DNA of 64,000 bases from contig NZ_OZ260078.1 of the NCBI RefSeq assembly GCF_965284355.1, forward strand, positions 1,199,111-1,263,110. The letters are read 5' to 3'. Below the pieces are notes generated by a model that was not told where the DNA came from, did not search any database, and was given only the letters and a program-made list of their open reading frames with translations. Below, piece after piece: positions 26,688 to 34,532 of this stretch. Every line of letters begins with the position of its first letter. Position 1 is the first letter of the stretch. This DNA is from Phenylobacterium sp. GTDB taxonomy: Bacteria > Pseudomonadota > Alphaproteobacteria > Caulobacterales > Caulobacteraceae. The position numbers and the translations under genes are program-made.

Positions 26688-27425
26688 ATGTCTGGAAATT
26701 TCGTTGAGCAGCGCCACCGTCGAAGCGCCGCATGGGCGGGCGCGGCGGTCGTGATCGCGGCCGCGCTGGGGACCGCGGCGCCAGCCGACGCCGCCATCGT
26801 GCACTATCGTTTCGACGCGACCGTTGTCGGAAACAACGGTAGTTTCGCCGCCCCTCGCTTCACCTACTTCAACCTATCGGACCCCGGAGTCTCGCTGGAT
26901 CGGGTGCGGTTGTATGGCGGACCGCCCTGGGATTACGTCATTAACGGTGTCAATGGCGTCGTCCCGATCGACCCGGTCGGCGGCGGGCGGACGCTGCTGG
27001 AGGGCGAGGAGCGGAGCTTCAATCCGAATAACGGCTGCACCCCAGGCATCACGTACGGCTATTCCAGCTTCGACGCCGGCGACAGCGCGAGCTTCGTGGC
27101 CGACCCCGAGACCGCGGGCTGCGGCAACGCCGTGGTGGACGTGCAGCCCTGGCTGGACGGGACCGGAGCCCAGCTGACCCTCGACGCGCACTTCGGCGGC
27201 GGCGTCAGCCTGACCGGCGATGACTGGATCCTGGAAGCGATCAACCCGAACGTCAGCCTCTCGGTCGTCGCCAACCGTCGCTACCGGCTGACGATGACGA
27301 CGACCCGCACGGTCGATGATCCTCCGCCGGTGGGCGGCGTACCCGAACCGGGAACCTGGGCCCTGCTGATCCTCGGCTTCGCCACCATGGGAACGGCCCT
27401 GCGGCGGCGGACGGTCGCAGCCTAG
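26688..27425 (+). CDS. Secreted PEPxxWA-CTERM (PEP-CTERM-type) sorting-domain protein
   Basis: Signal peptide, then a C-terminal VPEPGTWALLILGFATMGTALRRR (PEP motif, TM helix and basic tail). Confidence 0.8.
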   Translation: MSGNFVEQRHRRSAAWAGAAVVIAAALGTAAPADAAIVHYRFDATVVGNNGSFAAPRFTYFNLSDPGVSLDRVRLYGGPPWDYVINGVNGVVPIDPVGGGRTLLEGEERSFNPNNGCTPGITYGYSSFDAGDSASFVADPETAGCGNAVVDVQPWLDGTGAQLTLDAHFGGGVSLTGDDWILEAINPNVSLSVVANRRYRLTMTTTRTVDDPPPVGGVPEPGTWALLILGFATMGTALRRRTVAA

Positions 27426-27528
27426 CCGCGACGCCGCGCCTGCGCGCCCACGCCATACTGGACATCGGGGCGCCCAGACCCCATCCTTCGCGTTCAAACA
27501 ATCGTTCGACGCCAAGGGGCCTCCCCCG

Positions 27529-28710
27529 ATGTTCATGCGCTTCTTCACCGAGCTCCGCGAAGCCAAGGTGCCGGTCACTCTCAAAGAGTACCTGATCCTG
27601 ATGGAGGCGATGGACAAGCAGGTCATCGACCGCACGGTCGACGACTTCTACTACCTGTCGCGCTCGGCGCTGGTGAAGGACGAGAAGAACCTCGACAAGT
27701 TCGACAAGGTCTTTTCCCACGTGTTCCAGGGCCTGGAGAAGCTGGGCGACGACGTGGCCGTCGACATCCCGGCCGAGTGGCTGAAGCGCCTGTCCGACAA
27801 GTTCCTGACCGAGGAAGAGAAGGCGCAGATCGAAGCCATGGGCGGCTTCGAGGCGCTGATGGAGGCGCTGGCCCAGCGCGCCCGCGACGCCAAGGACGGC
27901 AAGGGTGAGGGCGAAGGCGAGCGCGGCGGTCGTCCCGACGGCTCCAACCCCTTCGGCGCCAATGGCTATCACCCCGAGGGCATCCGGGTCGGCCAGGAGA
28001 AGGGGCGCCACGGCCGGGCGATCAAGGTCTGGGACAAGCGCGAGTACAAGAACCTCGACGACTCGGTCGAGCTGGGCACCCGCAACATCAAGGTGGCGCT
28101 GCGTCGCCTGCGCAAATGGGTCCGCGACGGTTCGGTCGAAGAGCTCGACATGGACAAGACCATCAAGGGCACCGCCGAGAAGGGCTACCTCGACATCAAC
28201 ATGCGCCCCGAGCGCCGCAACAAGATCAGCGTGCTGCTGTTCCTGGACGTGGGCGGCTCGATGGATAGTCACATCAAGATCTGCGAGGAGCTGTTCAGCG
28301 CCGCGCGCACCGAGTTCAAGAACATGGAGTTCTTCTACTTCCACAACTGCCTCTACGAGGGCGTGTGGAAGGACAATCGGCGACGTCACACCGAGAAGAT
28401 GAACACCTACGACATCCTCCATAAGTACCCGCACGACTACAAGGTCATCTTCGTCGGCGACGCCACGATGAGCCCCTACGAGATCACCTATCCGGGCGGC
28501 TCGGTGGAGCACTGGAACGAGGAAGCGGGCGCGGTCTGGATGGACCGGGTGAGCCAGATCTACGACTCCGTCGTGTGGCTGAACCCCACCGCCGAGCGTC
28601 ACTGGGACTACACCCCCTCGATCGGCCTGGTGAAGCAGCTGGTCGGCGACCGCATGTATCCGCTCACCATCGACGGGCTGGAAAAGGCGATGAAGGAGCT
28701 GTCGCGCTGA
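27529..28710 (+). CDS. VWA-domain protein of the CoxE-like type
   Basis: 393 aa with a conserved N-terminal helical region (FFTELREAKVPVTLKEYLILMEA) and the C-terminal VWA/MIDAS block LLFLDVGGSMD. Confidence 0.75.
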   Translation: MFMRFFTELREAKVPVTLKEYLILMEAMDKQVIDRTVDDFYYLSRSALVKDEKNLDKFDKVFSHVFQGLEKLGDDVAVDIPAEWLKRLSDKFLTEEEKAQIEAMGGFEALMEALAQRARDAKDGKGEGEGERGGRPDGSNPFGANGYHPEGIRVGQEKGRHGRAIKVWDKREYKNLDDSVELGTRNIKVALRRLRKWVRDGSVEELDMDKTIKGTAEKGYLDINMRPERRNKISVLLFLDVGGSMDSHIKICEELFSAARTEFKNMEFFYFHNCLYEGVWKDNRRRHTEKMNTYDILHKYPHDYKVIFVGDATMSPYEITYPGGSVEHWNEEAGAVWMDRVSQIYDSVVWLNPTAERHWDYTPSIGLVKQLVGDRMYPLTIDGLEKAMKELSR

Positions 28711-28733
28711 GCGCGTTGGCGCTCCGCTCTTTT
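28709..28733 (+). terminator. Possible intrinsic terminator after the VWA gene
   Basis: GAGCGC-gttg-GCGCTC stem followed a few nt later by TCTTTT. Confidence 0.35.
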
Positions 28734-28797
28734 GGCTTGGCGCGCCGTCCGGGCGGCGAACCGGCCTCCACTTCGCCTGACGGCGCGCTAAGCCGTC

Positions 28798-28817
28798 GCG
28801 CATCTGTCACGATGCGC
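28798..28817. promoter_or_regulatory. Candidate TetR operator palindrome
   Basis: GCGCATC-tgtcac-GATGCGC lies 31 nt upstream of the tetR-family start. Confidence 0.3.
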
Positions 28818-28847
28818 CTAAGCTGAGACCGTGCTTTAGGGATTCGC

Positions 28848-29507
28848 ATGACCGATCCCCTTCTTCAGGACCCGTCCGAGACCGACGAGGCGCAGGCCGC
28901 GACCAAGGCCGCGGTGTTCAACGCGGCTGAGCGGCTGTTCGCGCTCCACGGCTTCCAGAACGTCTCGGTGCGCGACATCACCGCCGAGGCCGGGGTCAAC
29001 CTAGCCAGCGTGAACTATCACTTCGGCTCCAAGGACGCCCTGCTGTTCGAGATATTCCGGCGGCGCACGTCCGAGCTGAACCGCGAGCGGGCGCGCATGC
29101 TGCACGAAGCCGCCACGCGAAACGGCGGCAAGCCCACGGTCCGCGACATACTGGAATCCTACTTCGCCCCGCCGATGCGCTGGGCGGCGCCTGACAACGA
29201 TCGTCGCATCTCTATGCAGTTCATCATCCGCGCCCGGTCCGAGGGGACGGCCGACATGCGCGATGTGCTGCGCAACGACGTTTCCCACCTGGAGCGGTTC
29301 GCCGGCGCCCTAATGGCCGCGCGCCCGGACCTGCCGAAGGAAGATGTCTACTGGCGGCTGCACTTCGTGCTGGGCATGGTCCACAACAACCGCTTCGCCG
29401 AGTTCGACCGGCTGCATCACCTCTCGGGCGGCATCACCCGCGAGGGCGACACCGACGCCCTGCTGCGCCGGATGCTCGACTTCGCCGAAGCCGGCTTCTC
29501 GGCCTGA
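28848..29507 (+). CDS. TetR/AcrR-family transcriptional regulator
   Basis: N-terminal HTH FALHGFQNVSVRDITAEAGVNLASVNYHFGSKDAL. Confidence 0.88.
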   Translation: MTDPLLQDPSETDEAQAATKAAVFNAAERLFALHGFQNVSVRDITAEAGVNLASVNYHFGSKDALLFEIFRRRTSELNRERARMLHEAATRNGGKPTVRDILESYFAPPMRWAAPDNDRRISMQFIIRARSEGTADMRDVLRNDVSHLERFAGALMAARPDLPKEDVYWRLHFVLGMVHNNRFAEFDRLHHLSGGITREGDTDALLRRMLDFAEAGFSA

Positions 29508-29516
29508 CGGTCGCCG

Positions 29517-30680
29517 ATGAGCGGCCTGGTCTGGAAGGCCGCGACCTACCGGTTCCTCGACACCTTCGTCCTGATATTCCCGTTCTACACGGTCATGTTC
29601 GCCGAAAACGGCATGGGCCCGGCGCAGATCGGCATAGCGCTGGCCGCATGGTCGTTGACGGGCGTGGCCCTGGAGATCCCGACCGGCGCGCTCGCCGATC
29701 GGGTCTCGCGCCGGTGGCTGCTGTTCGCGGCCCAGGTGTTCCGAGGCGCAGGCTTTCTGGTCTGGGCGCTGTGGCCGGGCTTTTGGGGGTATCTCATCGG
29801 CTTCGTGCTCTGGGGCGTGAAGAGCGCGCTCGTCTCGGGCACGTTCGAGGCGCTGCTGTTCGACGACCTCAAGGCCGAGGGCCGCGAGCAGGATTATGCC
29901 CGGGCCATCGGCCGCGCCCAAACCGGACGGTTCATGGGCCTGATGTCCGCGGCGCTGATCGCCTCGGCCATCGCGGGCGTTGGAAACTATGCGCTCACGT
30001 TGATCAGCTCGGCGTCCAGTCTCGTGGGCGCAGCCTCGGCGCTGCTGTTGCCCAAGGCGCCCCGGGCGGCGCGCGCTCAGCGGGCGGACTATCTGGGCGT
30101 CATGCGGCGCGGCGTCATGGAAGCGGTGCGGCGGCCCGGCGTGTTGTCGATCCTGCTGTTCATCGCGCTGATGCAGGCCCTGCTCGCCGCCTGCGACGAC
30201 TACTGGCAGATCTTTGGCCGTGATGTGGGTTTGGAGCGCTCCCAGATCGCTCTGTTCGTGGCGGCGTTGGGCGCCGGTCAAGCGGGCGCGGCCGCTATCG
30301 CGCACCGGGCTCCCCTGGCCAGGTCTTGGGCCCTGCCCGTCTGGGTCGCGACCGCGGGGCTGGTGTTGACGGCAGCGGCCGGGGTGTTCGAGCCCTGGCT
30401 GTCCGTTCCGCTGGCTGTTCTGTTCACCGCCATGTGCATAGTGGCCCTCGTACAGGCGGATGCGCGGTTCCAGCATGCGCTGTCCGGTGAAGCGCGGGCC
30501 ACGGTGGCTTCCGTGAAAGGCTTCGCGAGTCAGTGCAGCATCACCCTGCTGATCCTGAATTTCGGCTTGGTGGCCCACGTCAGCGACTATCGAACCGCCT
30601 TTCTGGTGCAAGGCGTCGCCCTGACGCTGCTGGGCTCGGCCTACGTTTGGCTCACTCGCCGGCCAGCGGCGGCGGCTTGA
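29517..30680 (+). CDS. MFS transporter
   Basis: 387-aa polytopic protein with an MFS loop motif (GALADRVSRRW), downstream of the TetR gene. Confidence 0.85.
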   Translation: MSGLVWKAATYRFLDTFVLIFPFYTVMFAENGMGPAQIGIALAAWSLTGVALEIPTGALADRVSRRWLLFAAQVFRGAGFLVWALWPGFWGYLIGFVLWGVKSALVSGTFEALLFDDLKAEGREQDYARAIGRAQTGRFMGLMSAALIASAIAGVGNYALTLISSASSLVGAASALLLPKAPRAARAQRADYLGVMRRGVMEAVRRPGVLSILLFIALMQALLAACDDYWQIFGRDVGLERSQIALFVAALGAGQAGAAAIAHRAPLARSWALPVWVATAGLVLTAAAGVFEPWLSVPLAVLFTAMCIVALVQADARFQHALSGEARATVASVKGFASQCSITLLILNFGLVAHVSDYRTAFLVQGVALTLLGSAYVWLTRRPAAAA

Positions 30681-30960
30681 CGCCCGCGGCCATCGCGGCC
30701 GCCTGGCAGTCGGCGGTTTCGCGGGCGCGCCAGGCCGAGGCGCTGGCGGGCTCCCTGGCGTCCTCGTAGGCCAGCGCCACCAGCTTGGCCTTCACGCAGC
30801 GGTCCAGGGGGGCGCTGGACGGAGCCTTCTCGTAATCGTTCAGGGCGTCGCGGACCTTGAGCGCATGCGCCGACCGGGCCTGGGCGTCGAGGGCGTCGGC
30901 GCAGCCGCCGAGCAGAGCAAGAAGGGGCATGAGCATCGCGGCGATGAGCAGGGTTTGCAT
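30652..30960 (-). CDS. Small lipoprotein of unknown function
   Basis: 102 aa with lipobox LLGGC. It lies 18 nt downstream of the UDG-family gene on the same strand, and its 3' end overlaps the convergent MFS gene by 29 nt. Confidence 0.5.
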   Translation of the reverse strand: MQTLLIAAMLMPLLALLGGCADALDAQARSAHALKVRDALNDYEKAPSSAPLDRCVKAKLVALAYEDAREPASASAWRARETADCQAAAMAAGVKPPPLAGE

Positions 30961-30978
30961 GACACCTGAGCATACCCC

Positions 30979-32439
30979 TCACGCCACAAGGTTCCACGCC
31001 AGCTTGAGGTCGTGAACGAAGGCGGCATAGGCGTCGGCCTTGGCGTCCTCGTCGGGCAGCCGCAGCAGGTAGGAAGGATGGTAGGTGACCACCGCCCGGG
31101 CCTGATCAGACAGCTGGAGGGCCTGGCCGCGGACCTTGCTGACCGCGGTGGCCTTGCCGAACACCGCGTGCGCGGCGGTCGCGCCCAGGGCCACAATCAC
31201 GCGCGGCCGCACGATCCGCCGCTCGGCGTCCAGCCACCAGCGGCAGGCGCTGACCTCGCCCGTCGTCGGCGTCTGGTGGATGCGGCGCTTGCCCCGCAGC
31301 ACGTGCTTGAAGTGTTTCACCGCGTTGGTGACGTAGGTTTCGGCGCGCGGCACGCCGGCCTCGGCCATCGCGCGGTCGAACACCTGGCCCGCCGGTCCCA
31401 CGAAGGGGCGGCCCGCCAGGTCCTCCTGGTCGCCGGGCTGCTCGCCCACGAACATCAGCCGCGCCTTGGCGGGCCCCTCGCCCGCCACCCCCTGGGTCGC
31501 ATCCTGCCAGAGGTCGCAGCGGCGGCAGTGGTCGACGCCGGCGGTCACCTCGGCCAGCGTGGTCGCCGACAGGCCCTCCCACGGCGCATCGCGGCTGTTG
31601 CGGATGGCCGCCTTCACGACGCGACGGCTGGGTTCGGTGGCGGGCTTGGCGACCATTTCGGCGGTCCGGCTGCGGGCGTTTGCGACCAGCTCCGGAATGA
31701 GCGCCGCCTCGGGCAGGTTCCGCCAATAGCGCCGCGGCATCTCCTTGGTCATGGCGTCGGTGTTCAGCCGGGCCGGATTGAAGATCGAGGCGTAGTAGGT
31801 CTTCCAGAACTCCTCCAGCTCGTCGGCGCGGGGCGCGTCGGCGGGGTCGGCGCCGGGTGTGAAGGCCAGCTCCACCAGGTTCCAGTGCACGCAGACGTCC
31901 GGGGTCAGGATCGACCAGCGGATGTTGGCGAAGCGAGTGCGGAAGAAGGGCGCCGTCAGCTCGGCCACCCGGTGCGCCGGCTCGAACCAGGCGACGAAGG
32001 CCTCGCCCTGGTCGTCGTGGGCGCCGCGGAAGCGGACGAAGGCCTTCATCTTGTGGGCCGCCTTGTCGACGTCGCGGCTGAGCTGGCGGGCGAGCAGCAC
32101 GTCGGGGTCCGAGGCCACCTGCAGCAGCTGAGGCCGGTCCTGCATTCGCCACAGCAGGCGGTAGAGCAGCGCGAACCGCTCGTCCGAGCGATGCAGCACG
32201 ACGCGCTGGGCCAGATCGACGAAAGCGCGGGGCGCGGTGAAGGACGCGGCCGAAGTTGAGGTTGGCGTCGACTGCCCTTCGGGTCCGTCTTCCGAGAGGT
32301 CGGAGGGCGCGAAGAGGGAGGCCTGGCCGTCTACGGTCCAGAGCGTGTCGGGCGGCCCGACCCCGGCCAGGCGCAGGCGCCGGGCCGCGGCGCGCCAGCC
32401 GTCGAAGTCGGTCTCATGGGCCAGCCGGACCACCTGCAT
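30979..32439 (-). CDS. Fusion of a DUF4130-type 'probable DNA metabolism' domain with a family-4 uracil-DNA-glycosylase-like domain
   Basis: 486 aa. The C-terminal half has UDG family-4 motifs (LMFVGEQPGDQED, GPAG, VVTYHPSYLLR). ATGA overlap with the upstream radical SAM gene. Confidence 0.78.
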   Translation of the reverse strand: MQVVRLAHETDFDGWRAAARRLRLAGVGPPDTLWTVDGQASLFAPSDLSEDGPEGQSTPTSTSAASFTAPRAFVDLAQRVVLHRSDERFALLYRLLWRMQDRPQLLQVASDPDVLLARQLSRDVDKAAHKMKAFVRFRGAHDDQGEAFVAWFEPAHRVAELTAPFFRTRFANIRWSILTPDVCVHWNLVELAFTPGADPADAPRADELEEFWKTYYASIFNPARLNTDAMTKEMPRRYWRNLPEAALIPELVANARSRTAEMVAKPATEPSRRVVKAAIRNSRDAPWEGLSATTLAEVTAGVDHCRRCDLWQDATQGVAGEGPAKARLMFVGEQPGDQEDLAGRPFVGPAGQVFDRAMAEAGVPRAETYVTNAVKHFKHVLRGKRRIHQTPTTGEVSACRWWLDAERRIVRPRVIVALGATAAHAVFGKATAVSKVRGQALQLSDQARAVVTYHPSYLLRLPDEDAKADAYAAFVHDLKLAWNLVA

Positions 32440-33662
32440 CAGAAGAGGTCCAGCTGCCGGGGTTCGAGGCGGGCGCGCAGGTCGGCGCGGTCGGTGAGCG
32501 CGCCGGGCGACCAGTCGGCGCAGATCAGGAACGGCTTCAGCGTGTTCACCCGACGCGACAGGCGGCCGATGTCGGCCAGGGTCAGGCGGGTGTGGCGGCG
32601 CGTGCCGATGATGCGGTCCACCACCTTCACGCCCAGGCCCGGGACGCGCAGCAGGGTCTCGCGCGGCGCGGTGTTCACGTCGACAGGGAAGTCGCCGCGG
32701 TTGCGCAACGCCCAGGCCAGCTTGGGGTCGATGGCGAGGTCCAGGTCGTCGGCCTCGCCCACGATCTCGGCGCGCCCGAAGCCATAGAACCGCATCAGCC
32801 AGTCGGCCTGGTACAGGCGGTGCTCGCGCATCATGGGCGGGCGCGACAGCGGCAGGCGCGAGGTGGCGTCGGGGATGGGCGAGAAAGCCGAGTAGTAGAC
32901 CCGACGCAGGCGGTACGCGCCGTACAGGCTCTCGCTGCGCTTGAGGATCGCGCCGTCGGTGGCGCTGTCGGCGCCCACGATCATCTGGGTCGATTGGCCG
33001 GCGGGCGCGAAGCGGGGCGCCCGGGTCTTGCGGCCCTTGTCCTTCGAGGCGTCCTCCGACACCCGAACCGCGCCCATGGCCTTGCGGATGCCGGCGGCGT
33101 CCTTCTCGGGCGCCAGCGTCGCCAGGCTCTCGTCCTTGGGCAGCTCGATGTTGATGGAGATACGGTCAGCGTAGAGGCCAGCCTCGTTGACCAGCGCCGG
33201 CGAGGCCTCGGGGATCACCTTCAGGTGGATGTAGCCTCGGAAATCGTGGTCCTGGCGCAGGGCGCGCGCCACCCGCACCATCGCCTCCATCGTGTAGTCG
33301 GCGTTCTTGATGATGCCCGACGAGAGGAACAGACCCTCGATGTAGTTTCGCTGGTAGAAACCCAGGGTGAGCTTGACGACCTCGTCCACCGAGAAGCGCG
33401 CCCGCGGGGTGTTCGACGTCACCCGGTTCACGCAGTAGGCGCAATCGTAGACGCAGAAGTTGGTCAGCAGGATCTTCAGCAGGCTGATGCAGCGGCCGTC
33501 TGGCGCGTAGGCGTGGCAGATGCCCATGCCGCCATCGGTCGATCCCATCCCCTTCCCGCCCACCGAGTCGCGCTTCACTGACCCGGACGAGGCGCAGGAG
33601 GCGTCGTATTTCGCCGCGTCGGACAGGATTTCGAGTTTGCGCTTCAGCGTGAGAGTGGCCAC
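32439..33662 (-). CDS. Putative DNA modification/repair radical SAM protein
   Basis: 407 aa with the radical SAM cluster motif CVYDCAYC, a C-terminal helix-hairpin-helix-like region (LLRVPGLGVKVVDRII) and N-terminus LEILSDAAKYDASC. Confidence 0.82.
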   Translation of the reverse strand: MATLTLKRKLEILSDAAKYDASCASSGSVKRDSVGGKGMGSTDGGMGICHAYAPDGRCISLLKILLTNFCVYDCAYCVNRVTSNTPRARFSVDEVVKLTLGFYQRNYIEGLFLSSGIIKNADYTMEAMVRVARALRQDHDFRGYIHLKVIPEASPALVNEAGLYADRISINIELPKDESLATLAPEKDAAGIRKAMGAVRVSEDASKDKGRKTRAPRFAPAGQSTQMIVGADSATDGAILKRSESLYGAYRLRRVYYSAFSPIPDATSRLPLSRPPMMREHRLYQADWLMRFYGFGRAEIVGEADDLDLAIDPKLAWALRNRGDFPVDVNTAPRETLLRVPGLGVKVVDRIIGTRRHTRLTLADIGRLSRRVNTLKPFLICADWSPGALTDRADLRARLEPRQLDLF

Positions 33663-33676
33663 GCGGGGACAGTATT

Positions 33677-33691
33677 GTTCCGTATTTGTTC
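33677..33691. promoter_or_regulatory. Alphaproteobacterial LexA (SOS) box GTTC-N7-GTTC
   Basis: GTTCCGTATTTGTTC lies 15-29 nt upstream of the radical SAM gene ATG. Confidence 0.65.
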
Positions 33692-33814
33692 ACGCAAGCG
33701 GCGCTGTGGCGATTTTGAGCTGAGAGCGCCCCGACCTGTCTGCACCGCAGGTCGGGGCTCGCGTCACCTGGGTGTCGGGGGCCCGGAATGTGACACGATC
33801 TCAAAAGCTTGGCT

Positions 33815-33843
33815 GAAGGCCTCCGGATCGACCGGAGGCCTTC
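33815..33843 (-). terminator. Perfect 12-bp hairpin downstream of tspO (possible terminator)
   Basis: GAAGGCCTCCGG-atcga-CCGGAGGCCTTC. On the minus strand only a weak T-tract (CTTTTG) follows. Confidence 0.4.
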
Positions 33844-33962
33844 GCACACCCGAACCGATCGGCGAGGGACAGGAACGCTCGATCGGCCCACCTGCACAAT
33901 CGCGGTGGCGGCCGATGGTTCCGTAATTCCCGATATTCCGATGCACGCTCCTGCGCGATGCG

Positions 33963-34499
33963 TCAGTTCAGGCGCCAGATCTCGAAGTTGAGCAGCGAGG
34001 CGAAGGCCACCCACGCCGCGTAGGGCACGAACACCAGGCCGGCGGGGCGGTCGATGCGCCAGAACGTGAGCCCGGTGAGAACGACCGCGACGAACAGCAC
34101 GGCGATCTCGGCCAGGGCGAGGCCCGGCTGACGCAGGCCGAAGAAGAGCCACGACCAGCCCAGGTTCAGCACGAGCTGGGCTGCGTAGAGACCGATGGCG
34201 CGGCGGCGGACCGGGCCGGACGAGGCTTGCCAGACCCGCCAGGCCGCGATGGCCATCAGGGCGTAGAGGGTGGTCCAGACCGGGGCGAAGATGCCGTTCG
34301 GCGGGTTGAACGCGGGCTTCTGGAGCGTCGCGTACCAGGTCTCGACGCTGGAGGCCGTGGCCATGCCGCCCAGCGCGGCGACGCCGAACGCGGCCGCCAG
34401 GGACACCAGCGCGGGGATCAACGCGCCTCGCAGAGGGCCGGACTTGTGGACGTCGGTCGACATGGGCATGGCCTCGCCTGGGAATTCTATCATCGCCAA
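33963..34499 (-). CDS. tspO: TspO/MBR family tryptophan-rich sensory protein
   Basis: Five TM segments and conserved WYATLQKPAFNPPNGIFAPVWTTLYALMAIAAW. The start could be one of the internal Met codons (MPMSTD). Confidence 0.85.
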   Translation of the reverse strand: MAMIEFPGEAMPMSTDVHKSGPLRGALIPALVSLAAAFGVAALGGMATASSVETWYATLQKPAFNPPNGIFAPVWTTLYALMAIAAWRVWQASSGPVRRRAIGLYAAQLVLNLGWSWLFFGLRQPGLALAEIAVLFVAVVLTGLTFWRIDRPAGLVFVPYAAWVAFASLLNFEIWRLN

Positions 34500-34532
34500 C
34501 GTCGCGGGCCGCGTTCCGATCCCCGCGCGGGG

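Noticed and set aside
25938-27500. Integrated mobile element or genomic island carrying the resolvase-like gene
   Set aside because: I found no flanking direct repeats, tRNA target, transposase or integrase, and the recombinase-like protein lacks its catalytic Ser. Only a compositional impression supports foreign origin, so it is not called a mobile element.
27253-28803. 516-aa minus-strand ORF overlapping the VWA gene
   Set aside because: It is antisense to a gene with clear conserved blocks and normal amino-acid composition, and it has no recognisable motifs.
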